In this document: piece after piece, positions 16,076 through 24,773 of the stretch
How positions within the stretch are numbered: the stretch's first letter is position 1
Layout of the letters: the number at the start of each line of letters is the position of its first letter
Assembly: GCA_964612965.1 (NCBI GenBank)
Contig: CAZTGB010000002.1
Location: forward strand, 24,201-64,975
Reading direction: 5' to 3'
DNA: 40,775 nucleotides
DNA from: an uncultured Gammaproteobacteria bacterium
GTDB lineage: Bacteria; Patescibacteriota; Microgenomatia; UBA8517
Made by a program: the position numbers and the translations under genes
The notes under the pieces: generated by a model
The model's input: the letters and a program-made list of their open reading frames with translations, nothing else
Told to the model about the DNA's origin: nothing
Databases searched by the model: none

Positions 16076-19000
16076 TTAAATTTTTACCTCCTCTATTTCC
16101 ATTGGGCTTTCATCGGCTACAAGATCATCTGTTACAACTACTTCAGCCCCCGCTATTTTAGCTAATTCAAGTCCTGCTTCCAAATTCATGGCTTCCTCTT
16201 TTTCATAGCTTACACCTCGAGGTTCAATAGATAGACCAAGTGAGTTAAGCTCGCGAACTAAAACTTTGAATGATTCAGGAATAGTAGCTTCAGGAATATC
16301 AGTTCCCTTAACAATAGCCTCAAACGCCTTGGCACGACCCATGACATCGTCTGATTTAATAGTCAACATCTCCTGAAGAGTATGTGACGCCCTGTGTGCT
16401 TCAAGTGCCCAGACTTCCATCTCTCCCAAACGCTGACCTCCCATTTGAGCTTTTCCTCCAAGTGGCTGTTGAGTAACTAAAGAGTATGGACCGGTGGATC
16501 TGGCATGAGTCTTGTCCTCAACCATATGAGTCAACTTCATAATGTAATTAATTCCAACTACAGTATCTTCCAAGAAAGCCTCTCCTGTTCTTCCATCATA
16601 TAATCTTGTTTTTCCGTTAACAGGAAGCCCTGCTTCCTTAAGTTCTTTTGCAATTACTTCTTGGTCAAATTTATCAAATACTGGAAGTGCTCCCTTTTCG
16701 CCCTTTTTACTTAATGCCCAACCCAAATGGGTCTCCATAAGCTGCCCCAAATTCATACGAGACAAAACCGAAAGCGGAGAGATAACAATATCAACCGGAG
16801 TTCCGTCACTCAAATAAGGCATATCAGCAACCGGTGTAATTTTGGCAACAACCCCCTTGTTGCCATGCCTCCCAGCAACTTTATCTCCAACTGTAATCTT
16901 TCTAATTTGGGCAACTTTAACTATTACTTTCCTTATCACTCCCGGTCCCAGTTCATCCCCCGAATCGCGATCTAAAATTTGTACATCAACAACTATTCCT
17001 TTTTCTCCGTGCGGAACACGAAGAGATGTATCACGTACTTCACGCGCTTTCTCTCCAAAAATAGCGCGGAGAAGTCTTTCCTCACTAGTAAGTTCAGTTT
17101 CCCCTTTAGGAGCAATCTTTCCAACTAAGATGTCTCCTGGTGTAACTTCTGCTCCAATTACAACAATTCCATCGCTTCCCAAGTTTGCAAGTTGGTCCTC
17201 AGACACGTTTGGAATGTCGCTTGTTATCTCTTCCGGTCCTAATTTTGTGTCAACGACCTCAGCATCATATTCTTCAATATGGATCGAGGTTAATAGATCA
17301 TCTTTTACCAATCTATCAGAAACCAAAATGGCGTCTTCAAACCCATAACCTCCATAATTTGCGTAAGCAATAACTAAGTTGCGTCCCAATCCAAGCTCTC
17401 CGTTTTGTGAAGCTGGGCCATCTATTAACAAATCTCCCTCACTAACCCTCTGTCCTGGGAATGCTCTAACTATCTGATTGTAACAAGTCGAATGAGCAGT
17501 TCTTCTAAATTTAGTTAAGCTATAAACCTCTTTCTTTCCATTATCTGATATCTCTATATCCTCATCAATTTCAACACCCTTCTCATCAACCTTCTTGTCT
17601 AATTTAATTATTACACGCTCCGCATCGGCATACTCAACCACTCCAGCATTTCTTGCGCGAAGTACCCTTCCCATACCAGAGGCAATTATTGATTCCATTC
17701 CAGTTCCTACAACCGGGGACTCTGGATTAACAAGAGGTACACTCTGGCACTGCATATTAGAACCCATTAGGGCACGATTTCCTTCATCATTCGCCAAAAA
17801 TGGAATAAGAGAAGCGGAAGCTCCTATAACCTGTCTTGGAGTTACATCCATATAATCAACCAGTTCACTTACCCCTTCAATAAACTTGGTCATATGGCGA
17901 AGAGGAACTCTTTTATCTGTCAATGTCCCGTCTTTATCAATTCCGACCCCGGAATGTGTAATATAGAAATTCTCTTCATCGTCAGCGGTTAAATAATCAA
18001 TTTGATCTGTTACACGAGCTACAGTTTTACCGCCTTTTTTGACTTTTTCTACTTTTCTATACGGAGTTTCAATAAATCCATGCTCATTAACTCTTGCATA
18101 AAGTGCCAAGTAGGTAACAAGTCCGATGTTTGGCCCTTCCGGAGACCTAACAGGATCAATTCTTCCGTATTGAGAAGCGTTAATATCGCGAATCGAGAAA
18201 GAAGCGCGTTCACGGTTTATTCCACCAGGGCCTAGTACTGAAACTCTTCTTAAATTATCAACTTCGCTAAGGGGATTTGTGTCATCTAAAATTGCTGAAA
18301 GCTGATTGCTTCTAAAAAATTCATTAAGTGAGGCAATTAAAGGTCTGGCATTAATTAAGTTTGCAGGAACAGGACGGTCATCGGGTGAAATCAAACTCAT
18401 TTTTTCTTTAATTGAGCGTTCCAAGCGAAGAAGTCCCACACGAAATGCGTTTATAGCAACAAGTTCTCCAACTCGTCTTAATCTTCGATTACTAAGATGG
18501 TCAATATCATCAACTTTCCCCTCACCGTTTTGAAGTCCAATCAAGTAACTAAGAGCAGCCACAATATCTGCCTTTGTTAATACCCAAGTATTTTTCTCGT
18601 TAGGAAGAGTTAGTCCTAAACGTTTGTTTATTTTAAATCTTCCGACTTTCCCCAAATCATATCGCCTTGGATCTAAAAATAAACTTTCAAAAAGTCCTTC
18701 AGCGTTTTCAAGTACAACAGGCTCACCCGGTCTTAATTTCCTATAAATATCAAGGAGAGCATCTTCTTTAGTCTTGGTTATGTCTTTAGTAAGTGTGGCT
18801 GTAATGTATTTGTGATCTTTACTTTTATCTATTTCACTAAACGCAGCCATAATTTCACTGTCGCTTTCAAGCCCCATTGCGCGAAGGAAAACAGTTGCTA
18901 AAACTTTACGTCTCCTATCAATTCTTGCATAAATAAGATCTCCCCTCGTTACTTCAAATTCAAGCCAACTTCCATGGAGTGGCCTTGCCTCTGCTTTATA

Positions 19001-19456
19001 AAGTATTCTTCCACTTGAAGCATCAAGCTCACCTGAAAAATAAACTCCTGGGGATCTGACTATTTGATTTATAACAGCGCGCTCAATTCCGTTAATAATA
19101 AAAGTGCCAATATTGGTCATTTGGGGGATATCGCCCAAAAATACATCCTGTGTAACTTCTTTACCTGATTTTTTATTTACGAGTGTTGCGATTATTTTTA
19201 AAGGAGAGGAGAAGGTTAAGCCTTTGTTTTGCGCCAACTTTGGAGAAATTGTAGGGGTAAGGAGAGTATGATCACCTAAAATTAATTGCCAATTCTTACC
19301 CGTAAAATCATCAATCGGAGAAATGCTAACTAGTTCTTCGCGAATTCCTTCACCTAAAAACCATTGCCAACTTTGCTTTTGTACTTCTGACAGATTAATC
19401 TCAGGAAGATTTTTTTCCTCTTTTCCGAAATTTCTGCGGTTGGTTTTTGATGTCAT
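16076..19456 (-). CDS. rpoB: DNA-directed RNA polymerase subunit beta
   Basis: 1126 aa with conserved beta regions, for example GRHGNKGVV and GGQRLGEMEVWALEA. Confidence 0.98.
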   Translation of the reverse strand: MTSKTNRRNFGKEEKNLPEINLSEVQKQSWQWFLGEGIREELVSISPIDDFTGKNWQLILGDHTLLTPTISPKLAQNKGLTFSSPLKIIATLVNKKSGKEVTQDVFLGDIPQMTNIGTFIINGIERAVINQIVRSPGVYFSGELDASSGRILYKAEARPLHGSWLEFEVTRGDLIYARIDRRRKVLATVFLRAMGLESDSEIMAAFSEIDKSKDHKYITATLTKDITKTKEDALLDIYRKLRPGEPVVLENAEGLFESLFLDPRRYDLGKVGRFKINKRLGLTLPNEKNTWVLTKADIVAALSYLIGLQNGEGKVDDIDHLSNRRLRRVGELVAINAFRVGLLRLERSIKEKMSLISPDDRPVPANLINARPLIASLNEFFRSNQLSAILDDTNPLSEVDNLRRVSVLGPGGINRERASFSIRDINASQYGRIDPVRSPEGPNIGLVTYLALYARVNEHGFIETPYRKVEKVKKGGKTVARVTDQIDYLTADDEENFYITHSGVGIDKDGTLTDKRVPLRHMTKFIEGVSELVDYMDVTPRQVIGASASLIPFLANDEGNRALMGSNMQCQSVPLVNPESPVVGTGMESIIASGMGRVLRARNAGVVEYADAERVIIKLDKKVDEKGVEIDEDIEISDNGKKEVYSLTKFRRTAHSTCYNQIVRAFPGQRVSEGDLLIDGPASQNGELGLGRNLVIAYANYGGYGFEDAILVSDRLVKDDLLTSIHIEEYDAEVVDTKLGPEEITSDIPNVSEDQLANLGSDGIVVIGAEVTPGDILVGKIAPKGETELTSEERLLRAIFGEKAREVRDTSLRVPHGEKGIVVDVQILDRDSGDELGPGVIRKVIVKVAQIRKITVGDKVAGRHGNKGVVAKITPVADMPYLSDGTPVDIVISPLSVLSRMNLGQLMETHLGWALSKKGEKGALPVFDKFDQEVIAKELKEAGLPVNGKTRLYDGRTGEAFLEDTVVGINYIMKLTHMVEDKTHARSTGPYSLVTQQPLGGKAQMGGQRLGEMEVWALEAHRASHTLQEMLTIKSDDVMGRAKAFEAIVKGTDIPEATIPESFKVLVRELNSLGLSIEPRGVSYEKEEAMNLEAGLELAKIAGAEVVVTDDLVADESPMEIEEVKI

Positions 19457-19463
19457 TGGTTTT

Positions 19464-19500
19464 AAAAAACAGCAAAAGTCCCTACATGTAGATAAGGGAC
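19464..19500 (-). terminator. Terminator/attenuator-like hairpin in the rpoB leader
   Basis: Minus strand reads GTCCCT-11 nt-AGGGAC followed by TTTTGCTGTTTTTT. It lies between the predicted promoter and the rpoB ATG at 19456. Confidence 0.45.
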
Positions 19501-19530
19501 GAACGTACCATCTGTGTACGCCTAAAGTGG

Positions 19531-19558
19531 ATTATACGAAACAATTTTATCTTGTCAA
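19531..19558 (-). promoter_or_regulatory. Consensus-like promoter upstream of rpoB, overlapping the mltG 3' end
   Basis: Minus strand has TTGACA (19558..19553), a 16-nt spacer and TATAAT (19536..19531). Confidence 0.55.
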
Positions 19559-20482
19559 GTACCGTCTTATATTCTCATTATGCTCAGACAAAGTTTTTGC
19601 ATAGTAAATCTGACCCGTGTCGTCATGTATATAGTACCAATAGTCTGAATCTTCAGGGTTTGCGGAAGCCTCAAGTGATGTTATTCCAACATTAGCAATT
19701 GGAGTTGGAGGAAGTCCAGAAAATTTATATGAGTTAAAGGCTGAATTGGTAGCAAGATCATCTTTAGTTAAAATTGGCCACCAATTATCTTTGTTTCCAA
19801 CTGCGTACTGGACCGAGGCATCAATTTGAAGTGGCCAACCCGCATTAAGTCTATTTAATATTATTCCAGCAACAATCGGGCGTTCACCTTTGGTTTTAGT
19901 TTCACGCTCTATAAGTGAGGCGAGTATCACTTGATCGCGAGTTAAATTAAGATCTGACGTTTTACTTTCAAAGGTTCTAACCATCTTACCTACAACCGCC
20001 GAAGCACTTGCGGTTTTAGGAAAAAGATAAGTATCCGGAAAAAGATAACCTTCCGTTCCCACCGACGAACTTAAAAACTCTTTGATAAAAGTGTCATCTT
20101 TTCCTAGTGAGTCAGAAAATCTTTGAGCAATTTCTTCTCGCCTTAATCCTTCCGGAATTGTAACCCAAATTTCGGCAGGACCTTTGCCAAGTTGATCAAC
20201 TAACTGAAAGAGGTTGTAACTTGAAGTCAATCTATACTCTCCAGCCTGAATTTTTCCAGCCTTTCCTGTAAACTGTACATAAATTTTAAAAGCCAATGGA
20301 CTTTTAATTAGCCCCTCTTTATTCAATTTATTTGCAACAACCGAGGCTCCACTTCCTTTAACAATTAAAAAGTCCTTGAAATTTTTATCCTGCGAAACAG
20401 ATTGTGAACTAATATAAAACCAATAAAGCCCCAAAGAAAAAAAGATAATTGCCAAAACAGGTAGGGCTAATAATTTCTTCAT
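19547..20482 (-). CDS. mltG: Endolytic murein transglycosylase MltG (YceG family)
   Basis: 311 aa with an N-terminal TM helix. YceG-like blocks are present: IPEGLRREEIA, GYLFPDTY, ILASLIERE, LQIDASVQY and YNSY...GLPPTPIAN. Confidence 0.85.
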   Translation of the reverse strand: MKKLLALPVLAIIFFSLGLYWFYISSQSVSQDKNFKDFLIVKGSGASVVANKLNKEGLIKSPLAFKIYVQFTGKAGKIQAGEYRLTSSYNLFQLVDQLGKGPAEIWVTIPEGLRREEIAQRFSDSLGKDDTFIKEFLSSSVGTEGYLFPDTYLFPKTASASAVVGKMVRTFESKTSDLNLTRDQVILASLIERETKTKGERPIVAGIILNRLNAGWPLQIDASVQYAVGNKDNWWPILTKDDLATNSAFNSYKFSGLPPTPIANVGITSLEASANPEDSDYWYYIHDDTGQIYYAKTLSEHNENIRRYLTR

Positions 20483-20490
20483 TATTGAAG

Positions 20491-20688
20491 TTAAACTTCC
20501 TCCAAAAGTGCACGTCTATATATTTTACTCTTTAAGTCGTGAATATAAATTCTTCCACATTTACAAGTTACTTGTTCACCCTTTGCATGCTTCTTAACTT
20601 TTCCTTTTGAAAGAGGCATTCCACATCCCACACATTTTCCTTGAGAAAGTAACCAGGCTTGGATAGGCGCTATTACATTTCTAAACAT
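20491..20688 (-). CDS. Small zinc-ribbon protein (65 aa), function unknown
   Basis: Carries a CVGC...(19 aa)...CKC cysteine pattern and lies between ruvX and mltG. Confidence 0.55.
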   Translation of the reverse strand: MFRNVIAPIQAWLLSQGKCVGCGMPLSKGKVKKHAKGEQVTCKCGRIYIHDLKSKIYRRALLEEV

Positions 20689-20696
20689 ATAGGTAA

Positions 20697-20723
20697 ATTA
20701 TATCATGCAATCACTTAAGTCAA
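20697..20723 (-). promoter_or_regulatory. Putative extended -10 promoter of the zinc-ribbon gene and mltG (leaderless geometry)
   Basis: Minus strand has TTGACT (20723..20718), a 15-nt spacer ending in TGA, and TATAAT (20702..20697). Only 8 nt separate the -10 box from the ATG. Confidence 0.45.
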
Positions 20724-20726
20724 CCT

Positions 20727-21113
20727 TTAAGAATCTAAATAATTTTGAAGCATTATTGTAGCTGCATAAGCGTCTTCCATTTTCCGTCTTTTTTTTCTCC
20801 CAACTCCACCCAGGATTGATCTTTTTTGTGCCTCATATGTAGAAAGTGTTTCATCAAAAGTTTCTGCATTAATTAGTTTTGCAAATGCTCTTGACTCCCC
20901 CCCCATTGTCCCCTCCGAAACTCCAACAACAACCTTTTTAATTTCCCCTTTCTCTATCTCTTCTTTGATTTTTTTTAGCACTTCCTCGAGAGTATTAAAG
21001 CGAACAACCCTTAAAGGGTATGCAAGAGGACCTTCTGCGATTGCCAACCCAATTTTACTTCTTCCGTAATCTATTCCTAAGATTTTTTTAAAATCTGTTA
21101 CTCGTTTTTTCAT
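20727..21113 (-). CDS. ruvX: Putative pre-16S rRNA nuclease / Holliday-junction-resolvase-like YqgF
   Basis: 128 aa with the YqgF-like N-terminus ILGIDYGRSKIGLAIAE and the C-terminal DETLSTYEA...AAATIMLQNYL. Confidence 0.85.
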   Translation of the reverse strand: MKKRVTDFKKILGIDYGRSKIGLAIAEGPLAYPLRVVRFNTLEEVLKKIKEEIEKGEIKKVVVGVSEGTMGGESRAFAKLINAETFDETLSTYEAQKRSILGGVGRKKRRKMEDAYAATIMLQNYLDS

Positions 21114-21115
21114 TG

Positions 21116-21802
21116 TTAATAATCTAACTCTTCAGGGGGGACAATACGTGCCCTAACTATTAATCTTTTTGGTTTTCTAGGATCTCCTGGGGGAACGCAT
21201 GTCACAAGCGTTAAAAATGAGTCGGTTGTATCTTGATCTAAAACCTGAATATCAGTAGGCAGAACTTCAAACATTGTCTCAACCCTGTATTTATATGAAA
21301 CACCATCGTAACTTACATCGATCTCATCTCCTTTTTTAAGAGTAGGGAGAAGTGAAAAGATCGAGATATAGTTTTTTGGATCATAGAAAATAGGTAAAAT
21401 TGAATGGCCAAAAAGAGCAGAATTTCCACGTTTTCCAGGAAGGGCCGTCCCTGGATACTGAATTATATGACTACTCAAATCTTCCCCACCAATGGCAACT
21501 GTTGCATTTTCAATTTTAAGTTTTGGAATACTTATCGTGTAATACTCAACATTTTCTGAAACAAATTCATCTTTTTTTGCTCCCCCAACAAACCAATTAC
21601 TGGCCTGGGTATAATCAACCTCGCTAACATTGGGTTCTAATTTTTCTTTTACTTCCTTTACAGGTGATATCAAATTTGATGCATATTTAGCAGAATAAGT
21701 GCTGTTGTATGAAACAATTGGATATACTACCCCAATCAGAATAATTATTCCTGATATTCCTGATACAAGTGCAGCTAATCGTAGGATTGTTTTGTGAGTC
21801 AT
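21116..21802 (-). CDS. Sortase-family transpeptidase
   Basis: 228 aa with an N-terminal TM helix, His motif ALFGHS, Cys motif TLVTCVPPG and a downstream Arg (LIVRARI). Confidence 0.8.
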   Translation of the reverse strand: MTHKTILRLAALVSGISGIIILIGVVYPIVSYNSTYSAKYASNLISPVKEVKEKLEPNVSEVDYTQASNWFVGGAKKDEFVSENVEYYTISIPKLKIENATVAIGGEDLSSHIIQYPGTALPGKRGNSALFGHSILPIFYDPKNYISIFSLLPTLKKGDEIDVSYDGVSYKYRVETMFEVLPTDIQVLDQDTTDSFLTLVTCVPPGDPRKPKRLIVRARIVPPEELDY

Positions 21803-21861
21803 AGTTTCTACATTCTAGCGAATAATAGAGGAATAATGTAGCCACAGAAAGCTTTACAGAG

Positions 21862-22554
21862 TCACCATTTGATTTCCTTCTTATCTTCAAAAAACTTTCC
21901 TGTCGGAACTTTACTTTCTGTTGCTAGCCAAATAACGGTTTCAACTCCTTTCTTAATTGATCTCGGGGCAAGTTTGCCGCCCATGTCCGTCCGTACCCAG
22001 CCCGGGGAAATTGCATTAACCATAATATTTTTTAGACTTAATGCAAGTTTTATTGTTAAAGCATTCAAAGTAGCTTTAGATATTCCATATGAAGGATCTC
22101 GCCAAGGGTTTGAAATGGAGAATCTACCAGTCATTTGCCCTGCTCTGCTTGATATATTAATTATTCTCCCACCATCCCTGATAATAGGTGCCAATGTTCT
22201 TGAAAGTTCAAGAGGTCCATAAAAATTTGTATCCATCGTTTCCTTAATCGTTGCCGAAGATACTTTCATTATATCTCTGCTTTCATCTATATCCACTCCA
22301 GCATTATTAATTAAAACGTCAATCTTTTTGTATTTCTTCTTCAAAAAGGCTAATAAGCCCTGTATTTCTTTTGTGTTTGTGACGTCTAACTTAAAAAAAT
22401 GTATATTTTGTTTGTTAAGTTTTTTTGTAGCTTCTTTACCTTTTCTGGACCCTCTTGCAGTCAAAATCACTTCAAACCCCTTCTCAGCAAGTTGTTTACA
22501 TATTTCAAAACCCATTCCGCGATTTCCACCTGTAACTACAGTGATTTTTTTCAT
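21862..22554 (-). CDS. Short-chain dehydrogenase/reductase (classical SDR)
   Basis: 230 aa with the TGGNRGMG cofactor motif, NNAG, and a catalytic Ser with YGISK (YxxxK). Confidence 0.85.
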   Translation of the reverse strand: MKKITVVTGGNRGMGFEICKQLAEKGFEVILTARGSRKGKEATKKLNKQNIHFFKLDVTNTKEIQGLLAFLKKKYKKIDVLINNAGVDIDESRDIMKVSSATIKETMDTNFYGPLELSRTLAPIIRDGGRIINISSRAGQMTGRFSISNPWRDPSYGISKATLNALTIKLALSLKNIMVNAISPGWVRTDMGGKLAPRSIKKGVETVIWLATESKVPTGKFFEDKKEIKW

Positions 22555-22575
22555 AATAAATATTTCTACCAGAAG

Positions 22576-24753
22576 TTATCTTTCTGCAACGATTTCTATA
22601 CTAGTGTTTTTGGCAACCCGAGGCAATGTACCAAAAGGTCCTGGAAAGCGAGGTTTAAGTCTAATTTCTGCTCGAGTATAACCAGGAATTGTTGTTAAAT
22701 AACTCTCAACCACCTCAGTACTTCTACCTGATATCTTTTTAATTATTTCATCTTGCTTTACCTCAGGCAAAAAGTTTACCTCAACTGAAACATTAAAAAG
22801 AAACTTTCCATCTTCTTCTTGTTCAAAGTCAAATTTATAGGTTATTTGGGTATCCCTTAAAACAAATCCGGAAGGGACTGAATCTTTAAGTTCTTCTCGC
22901 ACTTTTTCAGCCAACTTTGCGCGGTCCGTAACAACCGCACGAGCTTCAATATCCATTGAAAGTTTAACGTTATCTGCTTCATCTCCAACTTTGTGGTTAA
23001 AGGTTTCGTCAGAGACTTCAGTCTCAACAAAATCATCAATCAAAATCTGATCAGCAGTTGCTTTTGAGAGTAGATCTTCTTTAGCATTTTCTAAAAGCTC
23101 AGTTGTCAAATCTTCTAGGAGTTTTTCTTGATCTTCTTTGGCTACAGCCGAAATATCCCGGCTGCTTCCCCCCGAAAAATCCGATGTCGAAGTTGCATCC
23201 ACCTCAGCCTTTGGATAATTACCGACCTTAAAAATTTCATCTTTAGCTAAATTATATTCAGCTCCAATGGCCTCAGCTGTAACACTAACGCTGGAAGTCC
23301 CCGGAGAAGATGGGGAAAGGGCCGCTGAAACTGACGCAGAACTATCTAAACTATATTGTAAATCGCCAGCAGAAAGAATTATCGTTCCTGCAGATAAATT
23401 AATATTTGATGCCGTCCCATTCCTTATTTGAACCGTTCCTTTCGCGCGTTCCCCAACCTGTTTTGTTCCTGAAGCGGCTTTAGTTTTTTCTCCAGATATT
23501 TGAGATGTAACCATCTCATTATCTTCAAAACCTATTTCAAATTCTTTTTCAAACTTTTTAGGAGACACATAAATTGAAATCGAAGCCTTCGGATAAAACC
23601 ACCAAAAAGATAGTAATCCAATCAAAACCACCCCCAAAATAATAGATAAAGTAATCAGTTTCTTTTTTCCCACTGGATTCTGTGTTGATCTTGTTGAGGT
23701 AAACTTTTCATAAAAACTATGAAATAAATTTTTAGTCTTTTCCAAATATTGATTAGGGTTAAACTTATTTGTTAGATTTAATTTTTCTTGAACATTAAAG
23801 ATAGGTGTGGGATTAGCAGGAATATCCCTTCCAATCCCAACAACAGTAGAAGTTTCTGCCCTTGAAGTACTTTCATTAACATCTTCTCCAACCACAAACC
23901 CTAACTCCTGAGCTTGCGACATCTCTGTTGCAGGTCCAATATTTTCTTCAAACGTTTCTTGTTTCAGTGGACTTTCTTCAGTTTTAGTTTCAATTTTAGA
24001 CACATTAGCAATTTCGGAAGCGCCAGCCAGTGAAGTTGCCAAGATCTTTCTTTCTGCGCTTAGCGTCTCAACTTTAGGTGTATGTAGAAATTTTATTTTT
24101 TCATTTTCCTCCCAAACTACACTGCTTAAAGTATCACGAGCTTCCATAATCTCACCTTCTTTACCATCAAAAACTATAATGCGAGAAGGGAGGGGAGATG
24201 CTTCTTTGAAACGTGATAGCCCCTCTATCACATCATCGATAAGTGAGACACTTCTTGCAACCTGCGCACTACCTATTAAATTTCCAAGCTTAAAAACAGA
24301 AATTTCCAAGTTTTCTTTCCCCAGTCCCAAGATTACGGCATTAACAGGTGTTCCTTCTTCCGATTTAAAAAGGTGGGCAAAGGCTTCAGAAAGAATAACA
24401 AACCCCGTGGGGGTTAAGGAAAGTTCCGCACAAATCCTTTTGATTTTCCCTAAATATTCCTCTTTTATTTCCCCTTCACTAATCCATGAAGACGGGACTC
24501 CAAAGACAGTTTTGGTAGGTTCCGGAAAATCCTCTGGAAGTTTTTGAATACAAGAAGAAAGGGCAGCATCAGTAGAGCCCAAGAGATCTTCCTCTTCTTC
24601 CCAGGGGGTGGGGGGAGAACTTGCTATTACCTCTGCTACCCCGTCCACTTTGATATACCAAATTCCGGCCTGTACAAAGGCTTCCTCCAAAACTAATGAC
24701 CAAAAAAGCTCTGGTGGGTTTTCTTTTTGAGCAAAAAAATTTTTTATGTTCAT
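22576..24753 (-). CDS. Large membrane protein: degenerate actin/FtsA-like N-domain, TM helix and baseplate-J-like exodomain
   Basis: 725 aa. N-terminal residues ~1-185 follow an FtsA/PilM-like pattern (GFVILSEAFAHL...VNAVILGLGKENLEISVF) but lack the DxG/GGGT nucleotide motifs. The TM helix is LITLSIILGVVLIGLLSFWWFY. The C-terminal AKGTVQIRNGT...LSAGTII...VSVTAEAIGAEYNL...SGGS resembles baseplate J/gp47-family repeats. The domain calls are by eye. Confidence 0.6.
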   Translation of the reverse strand: MNIKNFFAQKENPPELFWSLVLEEAFVQAGIWYIKVDGVAEVIASSPPTPWEEEEDLLGSTDAALSSCIQKLPEDFPEPTKTVFGVPSSWISEGEIKEEYLGKIKRICAELSLTPTGFVILSEAFAHLFKSEEGTPVNAVILGLGKENLEISVFKLGNLIGSAQVARSVSLIDDVIEGLSRFKEASPLPSRIIVFDGKEGEIMEARDTLSSVVWEENEKIKFLHTPKVETLSAERKILATSLAGASEIANVSKIETKTEESPLKQETFEENIGPATEMSQAQELGFVVGEDVNESTSRAETSTVVGIGRDIPANPTPIFNVQEKLNLTNKFNPNQYLEKTKNLFHSFYEKFTSTRSTQNPVGKKKLITLSIILGVVLIGLLSFWWFYPKASISIYVSPKKFEKEFEIGFEDNEMVTSQISGEKTKAASGTKQVGERAKGTVQIRNGTASNINLSAGTIILSAGDLQYSLDSSASVSAALSPSSPGTSSVSVTAEAIGAEYNLAKDEIFKVGNYPKAEVDATSTSDFSGGSSRDISAVAKEDQEKLLEDLTTELLENAKEDLLSKATADQILIDDFVETEVSDETFNHKVGDEADNVKLSMDIEARAVVTDRAKLAEKVREELKDSVPSGFVLRDTQITYKFDFEQEEDGKFLFNVSVEVNFLPEVKQDEIIKKISGRSTEVVESYLTTIPGYTRAEIRLKPRFPGPFGTLPRVAKNTSIEIVAER

Positions 24754-24758
24754 AACTC

Positions 24759-24769
24759 AATCTTCGCTT
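24759..24769 (-). repeat. Degenerate copy of the intergenic motif (minus strand AAGCGAAGATT)
   Basis: Lies in the alaS to 725-aa gene spacer and ends 5 nt before the ATG. One stem position is mismatched. Confidence 0.4.
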
Positions 24770-24773
24770 ATGT

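Noticed and set aside
16842-17348. Long plus-strand ORFs antisense to conserved genes: 16842..17348 in rpoB, and likewise 3417..3860, 5023..5487, 9619..9954, 22328..22681, 24179..24547, 28642..29073, 30573..30935 and 35928..36251.
   Set aside because: Each lies entirely inside a strongly conserved minus-strand gene. Their translations are low-complexity (S/P/T/L/F-rich), and they have no start-site signals. They are typical shadow ORFs.
21808-21841. A 7-bp inverted repeat, CTACATT...AATGTAG, upstream of the sortase gene as a regulatory hairpin or terminator.
   Set aside because: The stem is short and AT-rich with a 20-nt loop and no T-run. Such a match is expected by chance in AT-rich spacer.
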